From an uncultured Albidiferax sp. (GTDB taxonomy: Bacteria; Pseudomonadota; Gammaproteobacteria; Burkholderiales; Burkholderiaceae_C): a DNA stretch of 64,000 nucleotides. Of this stretch, positions 10,074 to 19,761 are shown one piece after another. Each line of letters begins with the position of its first letter. The first letter of the stretch is position 1. The stretch covers positions 9,849 to 73,848 of the forward strand of contig CAUPNG010000024.1 of assembly GCA_963512605.1 (NCBI GenBank), read 5' to 3'. A program made the position numbers and the translations under genes. The notes beneath the pieces are model-generated. The model ran no database searches, was not told the origin of the DNA, and was given only the letters and a program-made list of their open reading frames with translations.

Positions 10074-10110
10074 CCCTCTACCGCTTATTCCATCGGCGTA
10101 AGCAGCTATA
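10065..10110 (-). repeat. dispersed 45-50 bp repeat, copy 1 (reverse orientation)
   Basis: gcaaaatagccctctaccgcttattccatcggcgtaagcagctata matches the family consensus (reverse complement of TAGCTGCTTGyGC..ATGGAATAAGCGCTAGAGGCCGATTTGGC). Confidence 0.85.
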
Positions 10111-10127
10111 CATTTTGTAGTATTGAC

Positions 10128-11468
10128 ATGTACACCTCTCTAGTCTCCGGTTTGCTATTTCCGCTGCACGAGCGGCTCAAGAGCCACAGCACCGTGGCCA
10201 CGCGCCGCCACATGGAAACCGCGCAGTGGTGGCCTCCGGCGCAGATTGCCGCCTACCAGCTGCAGCAGTTGCGGGCCTTGCTGGTCGATGTGGGCCAGCA
10301 CGTGCCGTACTACCGCGACCTGTTTGCCCGCACCGGCTTCGACCCCGCACAGGTGCAGTCGGTGGCCGATCTGGCCCGCCTGCCGTTCCTCACCAAATCG
10401 GTCATCAAAGCGAACACCGACGCGCTGCGCCACGCCCACGCACAAGGCCTGGCCCGGTTCAATACCGGCGGCTCCTCGGGCGAACCGCTGGTGTTCTTCA
10501 TTGGCAAAAAGCGCGTCAGCCACGACGTGGCGGCCAAGTGGCGGGCCACCCGCTGGTGGGGTGTGGACATTGGCGACCCGGAAATCGTGGTCTGGGGCTC
10601 GCCCATCGAGCTGGGCGGGCAAGACCGCATCAAACACCTGCGCGACCAGATGCTGCGCACCCAGCTGCTTCCGGCGTTCGAGATGTCCGAGGCCAAGCTC
10701 GACGGCTTTGTCGCCACCATCCGCAGCACCCGCCCCAAGATGCTGTTTGGCTACCCCTCGGCCCTGACGCACATCGCCCAGCATGCGCAAAAACGCGGCG
10801 TGGCCATGGACGACCTGGGCATCAAGGTAGCCTTCGTCACCTCCGAGCGCCTGTATGACAACCAGCGTGCCACCATCAGCCAGACCTTTGGCTGCCCGGT
10901 GGCCAACGGTTACGGCGGGCGCGACGCGGGCTTCATTGCCCACGAATGCCCGGCCGGCAGCATGCACATCACCGCCGACGACCTGGTGGTGGAGATCGTC
11001 AACGAAGCCGGAGAGGTGCAGCCGCCCGGCGTGGCGGGCGAGATCGTCGTCACCCACCTGGCGACCAACGACTTTCCGTTCATCCGCTACCGCACCGGCG
11101 ACATTGGTGTGCTTGACAGCGCGCCCTGCAGCTGTGGCCGGGGCCTGCCGGTGCTGAAGGAAATCCAGGGCCGCAGTACCGACTTCGTGATTGCCGCCGA
11201 CGGCACCGTCATGCACGGCCTGTCGCTGATCTACATCTTGCGCGACCTGGCCGGGGTGCAGTCCTTCAAGGTGGTGCAGGAGTCGCGCGAGAAAACCCGC
11301 GTGTTGCTGGTCACCGGTCCCGGATTCGAACCGCCCATGGTGGGCCAGATCATTGCCGGATTCCAGCGTCGCCTGGGGGCCAGCGTGGCGGTCGAGGTCG
11401 AACTGGTGGAGTCGATTGCCGCCGAGAAGTCGGGTAAATTTCGATACATCATCAGCCATGCTGTTTAA
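10128..11468 (+). CDS. phenylacetate-CoA ligase-like (F390-synthetase family) adenylate-forming enzyme
   Basis: ...FNTGGSSGEPLVF... nucleotide-binding motif. 446 aa. This family is common in XrtA/EPS loci. Confidence 0.75.
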   Translation: MYTSLVSGLLFPLHERLKSHSTVATRRHMETAQWWPPAQIAAYQLQQLRALLVDVGQHVPYYRDLFARTGFDPAQVQSVADLARLPFLTKSVIKANTDALRHAHAQGLARFNTGGSSGEPLVFFIGKKRVSHDVAAKWRATRWWGVDIGDPEIVVWGSPIELGGQDRIKHLRDQMLRTQLLPAFEMSEAKLDGFVATIRSTRPKMLFGYPSALTHIAQHAQKRGVAMDDLGIKVAFVTSERLYDNQRATISQTFGCPVANGYGGRDAGFIAHECPAGSMHITADDLVVEIVNEAGEVQPPGVAGEIVVTHLATNDFPFIRYRTGDIGVLDSAPCSCGRGLPVLKEIQGRSTDFVIAADGTVMHGLSLIYILRDLAGVQSFKVVQESREKTRVLLVTGPGFEPPMVGQIIAGFQRRLGASVAVEVELVESIAAEKSGKFRYIISHAV

Positions 11469-11488
11469 CCAACCAGGTAGCCCCTCCC

Positions 11489-12820
11489 ATGCGTGACCTT
11501 TTGATCATGTCGATCGTGTTTGCCGGTGCCTTTGCCGCACTGAAGCGGCCCTGGATCGGCGTCATGCTCTGGGTCTGGCTGAGCATCATGAACCCCCACC
11601 GCTATGCCTTCGGTTTTGCCTATAACGCGCCGGTCGCCGCGATTGCCTTCGGGGCCACCATCATTGGCTTGCTGACGACCAAAGAGCGCAGCTCCCCCTT
11701 CAAGGGGACGGCGGTCACCGTGTTTGCGATGTTCATGGTGTGGATTTCCCTGTCGACCTTGTTCGGGATCGATCCGGGCGATGACTACTGGCAGTGGAAC
11801 AAGGTCATGAAGGTGGATGCCATGGTCCTGGTCGCTCTGATGCTGCTGCACAGCAAAAAGCACATCCTGGCCCTGACCTGGATGTCGGCCGGTTCCCTGG
11901 CCATGCTGGGTGCCAAGGGTGGGCTGTTTACCCTGATGACCGGTGGCAACTTCCGGGTCTGGGGCCCGCCGGGCTCGTTTATCGAAGACAACAACGAGTT
12001 TGCGCTGTCGCTGGTGATGGCCATTCCCTTGCTGCGCTTTTTGCAGCTGCAGCTCACCAACCGCTGGGGCCGCCACGCCATGAGCGTCACCATGCTGATG
12101 TGCGCGGTGGCATCGCTGGGCAGCTATTCGCGCGGCGCAATGCTGGCGATGGGGGCCATGGTGGCGTTTCTGTGGTGGAACGGCAAGAACAAGCTGACCG
12201 TGGGCCTGGTGCTGTTTCTGGCGGTGCCGCTGCTGGTGGCCTTCATGCCCGATGCCTGGATGGGCCGCATGGAGTCGATTGGCGAATACCAGGAGGACGA
12301 ATCCTCCATGGGCCGCATTTCCGCTTGGTGGAATGCCTGGAACATCGCATTTCACTATCCGCTTGGAGTGGGTTTTAACGCCGCCCGCCCCGAGCTGTTC
12401 GCCTTGTACTCGCCTACGCCGGAGAAGGTCCACGCGGCGCACAGTATTTACTTCCAGGTGCTGGGCAACCACGGATTTATCGGTCTGTTCTTGTTCTTGA
12501 CCCTGTGGATCGCCACCTGGCGTTCGGCGGGCTGGCTGCGCACCCGCTGTGCCAAGATCCCCGAGGCGGCGTGGTGCGCCGACCTGGGTGCCATGTGCCA
12601 GGTCTGTCTGATGGGCTATGCCGTCGGCGGGGCCTTTCTCAGCCTGGCCTACTTCGATCTTCCCTACAACGTCATGGTGATGGTGGTCTTGACCCGCGTG
12701 TGGGTGCAAACCAAAGGCTGGCTGCGTGAACCGGCCCTTGTACCCGGCTGGAAAAACATCCCGGGCCTGGCCCGCCCTGTGATACCCCTGCCTGCCAAGC
12801 CGGCCAAACGCTATGTTTAA
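11489..12820 (+). CDS. O-antigen-ligase-like membrane protein (putative O-glycosylation ligase, exosortase A-associated)
   Basis: Polytopic 443-aa ORF with a Wzy_C-like segment (...AHSIYFQVLGNHGFIGL...). High GC3. Confidence 0.7.
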   Translation: MRDLLIMSIVFAGAFAALKRPWIGVMLWVWLSIMNPHRYAFGFAYNAPVAAIAFGATIIGLLTTKERSSPFKGTAVTVFAMFMVWISLSTLFGIDPGDDYWQWNKVMKVDAMVLVALMLLHSKKHILALTWMSAGSLAMLGAKGGLFTLMTGGNFRVWGPPGSFIEDNNEFALSLVMAIPLLRFLQLQLTNRWGRHAMSVTMLMCAVASLGSYSRGAMLAMGAMVAFLWWNGKNKLTVGLVLFLAVPLLVAFMPDAWMGRMESIGEYQEDESSMGRISAWWNAWNIAFHYPLGVGFNAARPELFALYSPTPEKVHAAHSIYFQVLGNHGFIGLFLFLTLWIATWRSAGWLRTRCAKIPEAAWCADLGAMCQVCLMGYAVGGAFLSLAYFDLPYNVMVMVVLTRVWVQTKGWLREPALVPGWKNIPGLARPVIPLPAKPAKRYV

Positions 12821-13778
12821 AACCCTGCTCAAGCCCCTGTCGCCCGCAGGTGCACGGGGCCGCCTGTCGGTGCTCATCTTCCACCGCGTGCTGCCTGAGC
12901 CTGACCCCATCTTTCCGGGCGAGGTGGATGCCAAAACTTTCGATGCCATTTGCGGCTGGATGAGATCCTGGTGCAATGTGCTGCCGCTGGACCAGGCCGC
13001 CCGGCAGCTGCAAAACGGCACGCTGCCCGAGCGGGCGGTGGCCATCACCTTTGACGACGGCTACGCCGACAACCGCACCCAGGCCCAGCCCATCCTGGCA
13101 CGCCACGGCCTCTGCGCCACCTTCTTCATCGCCACCGACTTCCTGGACGGCGGCCGCATGTGGAACGACACCGTGATCGAATCGGTGCGCGGCTGCCGTG
13201 CCCCCCACCTGGACCTGCGCAGCATCGCCAAGCCAGACGGAAGTGGTGACCTGGGCCTGCACACCATCGCCACCCCCGCCGACAAGCGCAGCGCCATCGG
13301 CGCCATCATCGGCCAGATCAAATACCTGCCCGTGGCCCAGCGCCACGCTCTAACGCTGCAGATCGCCGATTGCGCCGAGGTGCAGCCGCCCACCGACCTG
13401 ATGATGACCTCGCAGCAGGTGCGCGAGCTGCGCCAGGCCGGCATGCAGATCGGTGCCCACACCCGCACCCACCCCATTCTGGCCACCCTCAGCGCCGAAA
13501 CCGCGCGGGCCGAGATCGCCGAGAGCCGCCTGCGCCTGGAGCAACTGCTGGGCGAGCGTGTCGGCCTGTTCGCCTACCCCAACGGCAAGCCCGGCACCGA
13601 CTACTCGCCCGAGAGCGTGCAGATCGTGCGCGAGCTGGGCTTTGATGCCGCCGTGTCCACCACCTGGGGCGCGTCGCGCGCGGGCACCGACGTGTTCCAG
13701 ATCCCGCGCTTCACACCGTGGGACCGCAGCAAGCTGCGCTTCGGTGCACGTTTTGCCGGGAACCTCTGGAAGACATAG
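12813..13778 (+). CDS. polysaccharide deacetylase (NodB family, PEP-CTERM locus subfamily)
   Basis: NodB motifs ITFDDGYADN and AHTRTHP. It overlaps the upstream gene end by 8 nt. Confidence 0.85.
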   Translation: MFKTLLKPLSPAGARGRLSVLIFHRVLPEPDPIFPGEVDAKTFDAICGWMRSWCNVLPLDQAARQLQNGTLPERAVAITFDDGYADNRTQAQPILARHGLCATFFIATDFLDGGRMWNDTVIESVRGCRAPHLDLRSIAKPDGSGDLGLHTIATPADKRSAIGAIIGQIKYLPVAQRHALTLQIADCAEVQPPTDLMMTSQQVRELRQAGMQIGAHTRTHPILATLSAETARAEIAESRLRLEQLLGERVGLFAYPNGKPGTDYSPESVQIVRELGFDAAVSTTWGASRAGTDVFQIPRFTPWDRSKLRFGARFAGNLWKT

Positions 13779-13780
13779 CA

Positions 13781-13876
13781 CACCCCCAGGCTGCAGTGCT
13801 GCGCATCTTTCGCCAACCCCCTTGCTGGGGGCGATACCAGAGGCCTGGCAGAGCCAGTTCCTCGGTATCTCTGGAA
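13781..13876 (+). repeat. ~95 bp repeat element, copy A
   Basis: cacccccaggctgcag...cgccaacccccttgctgggggcgataccagaggcctggcagagccagttcctcggtatctctgga is about 85% identical to the reverse complement of 22437-22529. Confidence 0.85.
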
Positions 13877-13898
13877 GGGGCATCTCTGCGTTGAGTTT

Positions 13899-13945
13899 GG
13901 GCTTTTTGGGCTGCTAGTGCTGATGGGGTAAGCATAAGCAGCTAT
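13899..13945 (-). repeat. dispersed 45-50 bp repeat, copy 2 (reverse orientation, diverged)
   Basis: ggctttttgggctgctagtgctgatggggtaagcataagcagctat. Confidence 0.65.
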
Positions 13946-13963
13946 TGAATGTATAGCGTAGCG

Positions 13964-14863
13964 TCAGCGCCGCGCCGACACCCAGATCCCGCCCACGATC
14001 AGCGCAAACGCCAGCCCGTGGTACAGGTGCGGCCACTCGCCCAGAAAGGCGGTCGACAGCACCGTGGCAAACAGCGGTGTCAGGTTGATGAACAGCCCGG
14101 CCACGTTCGGCCCTACGCGCTGCATGCCGGCCCCCCAGGCGCGGTAGGCCAGCACGGCGGGGCCCACGGCCACAAACACCAGCGCGGCGGCCAGGGTCCA
14201 ACCCCACTGGATGGGCGCTGCGCCCAGGCTCCATTCCACCGCCGTCATGCCGCCCGACCACAGCAGGCCAAACGTGATCTGCGCCAGCAAAAACGCCGCC
14301 CAGTCCGCGCGGATGGTGGGCGGGTCGCGCGGCAGGGTCAGCTGCCAGCTGTAAAACGCCCAAGACACCGTGGCCAGCAGCATGAACACATCGCCCATCA
14401 CCAGGCGCAGGCCCAGCAGCAACTGCCACTCGCCCCGGCTCAGCACCAGCAGCACCCCGGCCAGCGACAGCAGCGCGCCCAGCACCTGCTGGCGCGACAC
14501 GCGGGCCCCAAAAAACAGCGCACCCACCACCAGCATGCACATCGGCAGGCTGGCTCCCACCAGGGTCACGTTGATCGGGCTGGAGGTCTGCAGCGCCATG
14601 TACTGCAGCGCGTTGTACAGCCCCACGCCCAGCAACCCCAGCAGCGCAAACCGCCGCCAGTGCGACCACAGCCCGCTGCCGCGCCGCAGCACCCAGCCGC
14701 CCAAGGGCAGCAAAATCGCAAACGCCAGCGCCCAGCGCAGGAAGTTCAGCGTAACCGGCGGCACCAGGGTGTGCACCACCCGGCCCACCACTGCATTGCC
14801 CGCCCACATCAGCGGGCCAAAGGCCAGCAGCAGGGCGGTGCGAAAAGTAAGGCGTTCTTGCAT
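13964..14863 (-). CDS. DMT-superfamily (EamA-type) transporter
   Basis: Ten-TM duplicated EamA architecture. The start was trimmed to ATG 14863 (MQERLTFRTALLLAFGPLMW...). The longer track ORF is a GC-driven extension. Confidence 0.8.
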   Translation of the reverse strand: MQERLTFRTALLLAFGPLMWAGNAVVGRVVHTLVPPVTLNFLRWALAFAILLPLGGWVLRRGSGLWSHWRRFALLGLLGVGLYNALQYMALQTSSPINVTLVGASLPMCMLVVGALFFGARVSRQQVLGALLSLAGVLLVLSRGEWQLLLGLRLVMGDVFMLLATVSWAFYSWQLTLPRDPPTIRADWAAFLLAQITFGLLWSGGMTAVEWSLGAAPIQWGWTLAAALVFVAVGPAVLAYRAWGAGMQRVGPNVAGLFINLTPLFATVLSTAFLGEWPHLYHGLAFALIVGGIWVSARR

Positions 14864-14937
14864 GCCGCGCACTTTACCTGGGCTTTCATGGCAGGATGCG
14901 GGCGAACTATTTCCAGGAGCCTTTTCTATGCGCAGCC

Positions 14938-15914
14938 AAGCCATCCAGATCCACCAGCACGGTGGCCCCGAGGTGTTGACCCTGACCGAGGTGGACGTGG
15001 GCGAGCCCGGCCCGGGCCAGATCCGTATCCGCCACCACGCCATCGGCCTGAACTTCATCGACGTGTACCAGCGCAGCGGCTTGTATCCGCAAAACCTGCC
15101 GGTGCAGCTGGGCATGGAAGCCGCCGGTGTGGTCGAGGCGGTGGGCGAGGGCGTGATCCACCTGCAGGTGGGCGACCGCGCCGCCTACGCCAGTGCGCCC
15201 CCCGGCAGCTACTGCGAGCGCCGCGTGATGCCCGCCACCTGCGTCTGCAAGCTGCCCGATGCCATCAGCTTCGACACCGGCGCAGCCATGATGCTCAAGG
15301 GCCTGACGGCGCAGTACCTGCTGAAGAAAACCCTGCCCCAGGGCGGCCTGCAGCCCGGCGACTTTGTGCTGTTCCACGCCGCCGCCGGGGGCGTGGGCTT
15401 GATCGCCAGCCAGTGGGCCAAGGCCCTGGGCCTGCAGCTCATCGGCACTGCGGGTTCGGCAGAAAAATGTGCCCTGGCGCTTGCCAATGGGGCGGCATAC
15501 GCTATCAATTACGCAGCAGAAGACTTTGTCGCCCGGGTGAAAGAAATCACCGGCGGCCAGGGTGTCAAGGTGGTCTACGACTCGGTGGGCAAAGACACCT
15601 TCGAGAAGTCGCTGGACTGCCTGCGCCCGTTCGGCCTGATGGCATCGTTTGGCAATGCGTCTGGCCCGGTGCCGCCGTTTGCCCCCGGCATCCTCGGCCC
15701 CAAGGGCTCGCTGTACCTGACCCGCGCCACCCTGTTCAGCCACATCACCACCCGCGAGAGCACCCAGGCCATGGCCGACGACCTTTTTGCCGTGGTGGCC
15801 AGCGGCCAGGTGCAGATCCACATCGGCCAACGTTACGCCCTGGCCGACGTGCAGCAGGCCCACCGCGACCTGGAAGCCCGCAAAACCACCGGCTGCACCA
15901 TCCTCACGTTATGA
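14938..15914 (+). CDS. qor: NADPH:quinone oxidoreductase (zeta-crystallin/MDR family)
   Basis: MRSQAIQIHQHGGPEVL...GMEAAGVVEAVGEGV and AAAGGVGL cofactor motif. Start at ATG 14938. Confidence 0.85.
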
Positions 15915-16714
15915 GCGGGCCGAGTTGGTTGGCCTGCCTGCGCGCCGATGCCGACCAGCCGCCGCTGCGCCCCCGCGCGCCGCTGTGGGTGGGCCCGGTG
16001 CAGGTCGGCTCGGTGGAACCAGAATTCATACAGAAAATCGACCGCCTGCGCTTACCCTATCTGCACAGAGTGCTCTTGAAAACAGAGCAAAACGGCGTAG
16101 TGGGTTGGCAATTGCAGGGCGACGCCACCAACAGCCTGGCGCACCTGGCCCTGGCCCTGCGCGACGCAGGCCTGGCCGCCACCTGGCGCGACGAGCAGCT
16201 GGCCGTGGCCGGTGCCGACGGCCCGGTGGTCGCCACCGTGGAGCGGGCCGTCGTCCGTGCCCTGGGTATCACCACCCACGCGGTGCACCTGGTAGGGGCT
16301 GCGCCCGATGGCCGCGTCTGGGTGCAGCAGCGCGCCTTCAACAAGCCGAACGACCCCGGCCTGTGGGACACCCTGGTGGGCGGCATGGTGTCTGCCGCCG
16401 ACAACCTGGACACGGCCCTGGAGCGCGAAACCTGGGAAGAGGCCGGATTGCGCCTGCCCACGCTGCAGGCCCTGCGCCCCGGCGGCCTGCTCACCACCCG
16501 TCGCCCCAGCACCGACAGCGGCGGCGCGGGCTACGTGGTGGAGCACATCCACTGGACCACCTGCACCGTGCCCGAAGGCGTGGAGCCGCAGAACCAGGAC
16601 GGCGAGGTGCAGGGCTTTGCCTTGCTGGCCCCGGCGGCATTCGCGCAGCAACTGGAGACGGGCGCGTTCACCGACGATGCGGCGCTGATATTGGCGGACT
16701 ATTTGGCGTTGTAG
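15911..16714 (+). CDS. NUDIX hydrolase
   Basis: Nudix box GGMVSAADNLDTALERETWEEAGL. The ATG at 15911 overlaps the qor stop (ATGA). Confidence 0.8.
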   Translation: MSGPSWLACLRADADQPPLRPRAPLWVGPVQVGSVEPEFIQKIDRLRLPYLHRVLLKTEQNGVVGWQLQGDATNSLAHLALALRDAGLAATWRDEQLAVAGADGPVVATVERAVVRALGITTHAVHLVGAAPDGRVWVQQRAFNKPNDPGLWDTLVGGMVSAADNLDTALERETWEEAGLRLPTLQALRPGGLLTTRRPSTDSGGAGYVVEHIHWTTCTVPEGVEPQNQDGEVQGFALLAPAAFAQQLETGAFTDDAALILADYLAL

Positions 16715-17910
16715 CGTTGCAACCAGGCCTGTTGCGCCTGCAGCACTGCATCGGCGGGCTGGCCGCACAGTGCCTGGTAGATGGCCGGTGCAGTGGCCCC
16801 CTCGGTGTTGATGCACAGCACGCGGGACTGTGCATCCAGGCCCAGCTGCTGCCGCCATGCGGGAGATTGCGCCAAAGCTTGCAGGCCTGCGAAGCCCGCG
16901 GCCCCCGATTCCCCGCTGACGATGGGCACGTCGCCTGCGCCACCTTGGGCCAGCACCTGCATCGCCGCCACCGCCTGGGCGTCAGTGATGGCCATGAAGG
17001 CATCCACCGACGGTGCCAGAAAGCGCCAGGCCAGGGGCGAGGTTTCGCCACAGGCCAGCCCGGCCATCACCGAGTCCACGCTGCCCCGTGCGCTAGCCGC
17101 CCTGCCGTGCACCGCGCTTTGCAGCAGGCAATCCGCCTGCTCGGGCTCAACCACGATGCAACGGGGCCGGTGTGCGCCGTAGTGTTCCCAGAGATACGCC
17201 ACAATGCCCGCCGCCAGCCCGCCCACGCCGCCTTGCAACAGCACGTGGGTGAAAGGCTGGTCTTGCTGCTGCACCAGCTCGTCGGCGATGACCCCATAGC
17301 CCTGCATCACATCGCGTGGAATGTCCTCATAGCCTGCATACGAGGTGTCCGACACCACCTGCCAGCCGTGGCGCTGCGCCAGGTCGGCGGCATGGGCTAC
17401 CGACGCGTCGTAATTGCCCGGCACGCGCACGATTTCGGCCCCGAAGGCGGCAATGGCCTGCTCGCGCTCGCCGCTGACCTGGCTGTGCAAGACGATGACG
17501 CAACGCACGCCCGCGCTGCGGGCGGCGGCGGCCAGAGCGCGGCCATGGTTGCCATCGGTGGCGCTGATGACCACCAGCGCGGCCAAGGCTTGGGCGTGTT
17601 GGCCTTGCAGCACAGCGTCGGCACTCCAGTCCGGGTGCTGGCGCAGCACCAGCCGCACCAGGGCGGCGGGCGCGCCCAGGGCCTTGAAGCTGCCCAGCGG
17701 CGAGCGTTTCGATTCGTCCTTGATGGATAGGCCGCCCAGTTGCAATTGCTGCGCCAGGCCGGGCAGGCTCCACAGCGGCGTGGGTTGGGGTGCCAGTTGC
17801 GACCAGCGCTGTAACCACGACCGGGTGTCTTGCGCCTGGGCGATGTGCATCACCGTACGCAGTTCGGTGGGGTAGGGGCCGCGCAGGGCTTGGGGGTTGG
17901 GAATCAGCAT
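16699..17910 (-). CDS. diaminopropionate ammonia-lyase family PLP-dependent enzyme
   Basis: ...KDESKRSPLGSFKALGA... PLP-lysine motif typical of this family. Start trimmed to ATG 17910 (MLIPNPQALRG...). Confidence 0.65.
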   Translation of the reverse strand: MLIPNPQALRGPYPTELRTVMHIAQAQDTRSWLQRWSQLAPQPTPLWSLPGLAQQLQLGGLSIKDESKRSPLGSFKALGAPAALVRLVLRQHPDWSADAVLQGQHAQALAALVVISATDGNHGRALAAAARSAGVRCVIVLHSQVSGEREQAIAAFGAEIVRVPGNYDASVAHAADLAQRHGWQVVSDTSYAGYEDIPRDVMQGYGVIADELVQQQDQPFTHVLLQGGVGGLAAGIVAYLWEHYGAHRPRCIVVEPEQADCLLQSAVHGRAASARGSVDSVMAGLACGETSPLAWRFLAPSVDAFMAITDAQAVAAMQVLAQGGAGDVPIVSGESGAAGFAGLQALAQSPAWRQQLGLDAQSRVLCINTEGATAPAIYQALCGQPADAVLQAQQAWLQRYNAK

Positions 17911-17929
17911 GGGGTTTCCAGGAAAAGCG

Positions 17930-19096
17930 TTAGCGCGGCAGGCGCAGGCGGATGATTTCGGCAAAGTAGCGGGCACCGGCCAGCAGCACGGCATCGTTGA
18001 AGTCGTAGTGGGCGTTGTGCAGCGGCGTACCACCTTCTAAATCACCGGCCCCGTTCCCCAGGAACACGAACGCGCCCGGCACCACCTTCAGAAAAGCACC
18101 AAAGTCTTCCGAGATCATCATCGGTGCCACGTTGGCATCCACCCGCTCCGCACCCACTACCGCAGTGGCGGCGGCCACGGCGGTGGGCACGCACTGCGGC
18201 CAGTTCACCGTGGGAGCGAATTCATGGGTGTACTCAAAACTGCACTCGGCCCCGTGCAGGCGGCAAATGCCTTCGCAGATCTCGCGCATGCGCCGCGCCA
18301 GCATCTGCTGCACCTGCGGGTCGTAGCTGCGGGTGTCGCCCCGGATGGTCACGTTACCTGGGATGGCGTTGCGGATGCCATCGGTGATGAATTCGGTGCA
18401 CGACAGCACGGCCTGGGCACTCGGGTCCAGGCTGCGCGACACAATGGTTTGCAACGCCAGCACGATCTCGGCCCCGATGACGATGGGGTCTATACCCATG
18501 TGGGGTCGGGCGGCGTGCGTGCCCCGGCCCCGGATATGGACCACGAAATTGTCTTCGCTGGCCATGATGCCGCCGCTGCGGGTGGCGATGTGGCCCGCTG
18601 CCATGCCCGGCATGTTGTGCAGGCCGTAGATTTCGTCCACCGGGAAGCGCTGGAACAGGCCGTCGTCCATCATCGCCTTGGCACCCCGGCCATGCTCTTC
18701 GGCGGGCTGGAAGATGAAGCGCACCGTGCCGTTGAAGTCCTGTCGCTCGCGCAGCAGTTGCGCCGCCCCCAGCACGATGGACATGTGGCCGTCGTGGCCG
18801 CAGGCGTGCATTTTTCCGGGCACGGTGGAGGCGTGCGCGCGGCCCACCGCCGCCTCGGTGATGTTCAATGCGTCCATTTCGGCGCGCAGGCCGATCACGC
18901 CGGGGCCATCGCCCACCGTGAGGTTCGCCACCAGGCCAGTGCCTCCAATGCCCCGGTGCACCTCCAGGCCCAGCGCGCCCAGTATGTTGGCCACGTAGTC
19001 GGAGGTCTGGCGTTCTTCAAAGCCGGTTTCGGGGATGGCGTGCAAATGGCGGCGCCAGTGGCGTAGCTGCAGCGGTAGGTCTTCGGTGTGCGGCAT
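17930..19096 (-). CDS. M20-family amidohydrolase (hippurate hydrolase / N-acyl-amino-acid amidohydrolase type)
   Basis: ...MHACGHDGH... metal-binding motif. 388 aa. Divergent from an Lrp-type regulator. Confidence 0.85.
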   Translation of the reverse strand: MPHTEDLPLQLRHWRRHLHAIPETGFEERQTSDYVANILGALGLEVHRGIGGTGLVANLTVGDGPGVIGLRAEMDALNITEAAVGRAHASTVPGKMHACGHDGHMSIVLGAAQLLRERQDFNGTVRFIFQPAEEHGRGAKAMMDDGLFQRFPVDEIYGLHNMPGMAAGHIATRSGGIMASEDNFVVHIRGRGTHAARPHMGIDPIVIGAEIVLALQTIVSRSLDPSAQAVLSCTEFITDGIRNAIPGNVTIRGDTRSYDPQVQQMLARRMREICEGICRLHGAECSFEYTHEFAPTVNWPQCVPTAVAAATAVVGAERVDANVAPMMISEDFGAFLKVVPGAFVFLGNGAGDLEGGTPLHNAHYDFNDAVLLAGARYFAEIIRLRLPR

Positions 19097-19204
19097 GGGG
19101 GGCTCCGGGTGTCTGGATGTGGTGCAAATTATTCAGAAAGCCCGTGCCGGTGGGCGGCGTAGTGGGGTCAAAATTTGCAGCAGTTCTGCGAAAATTTAAA
19201 AACC

Positions 19205-19696
19205 ATGCAGAAATTTGATGAAAAAGACCTGCGCATCCTGGATGCGCTGCAGCGCGATGCCACTACACCCGCCGAGTTGCTGGGTGCGGATATCGGCCTG
19301 TCCGCCACCAGTGTGCAGCGGCGTACCAGGCGCCTGCAGGCCGACAAAGTCATCCTGCGCCAGACCTGCCAGCTCTCGCCCGAAAAGCTGGGCTTTGGCA
19401 TGCGCTGCATCGTCGGCGTGGAGTTGGATGTGGAGCAGGCCGACGTGTTGGCGCAATTCCGGGCATTGTTGGCCGCCGAGCCGAGGGTGCAGCAGAGCTA
19501 CTACGTCACCGGCGCGTCCGACTTCGTGCTGTTTCTGCTGGTGCGTGACATGCAGGATTTCGAGGCGTTGACGCAGCGCTTGTTTTTCGGCAACCGCTTC
19601 GTGCGCCGCTTCACCACCAGCGTGGTGATGAGCGTGCACAAGGACGGTGCCGATGTGCCGGTACTCAGCGCCGCCTCGGATCCAAACGTAAAATAA
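19205..19696 (+). CDS. Lrp/AsnC-family transcriptional regulator
   Basis: MQKFDEKDLRILDALQRDATT... HTH plus an ASnC/RAM domain. The TAA stop lies inside repeat copy 3. Confidence 0.85.
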   Translation: MQKFDEKDLRILDALQRDATTPAELLGADIGLSATSVQRRTRRLQADKVILRQTCQLSPEKLGFGMRCIVGVELDVEQADVLAQFRALLAAEPRVQQSYYVTGASDFVLFLLVRDMQDFEALTQRLFFGNRFVRRFTTSVVMSVHKDGADVPVLSAASDPNVK

Positions 19697-19740
19697 GGGC
19701 CTACCGCCCATTCGATCAGCGTAAGTAGCTATCTAAAAAA
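19688..19740 (-). repeat. dispersed 45-50 bp repeat, copy 3 (reverse orientation)
   Basis: gtaaaataagggcctaccgcccattcgatcagcgtaagtagctatctaaaaaa. Confidence 0.75.
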
Positions 19741-19761
19741 TAGCAAATCAATCCTTGCCCC

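Noticed and set aside
13949-16714. A 921-aa plus-strand ORF
   Set aside because: It reads through the antisense of the EamA gene and an alternative frame of qor. Only the last 267 codons (NUDIX hydrolase, from ATG 15911) look like a real protein.
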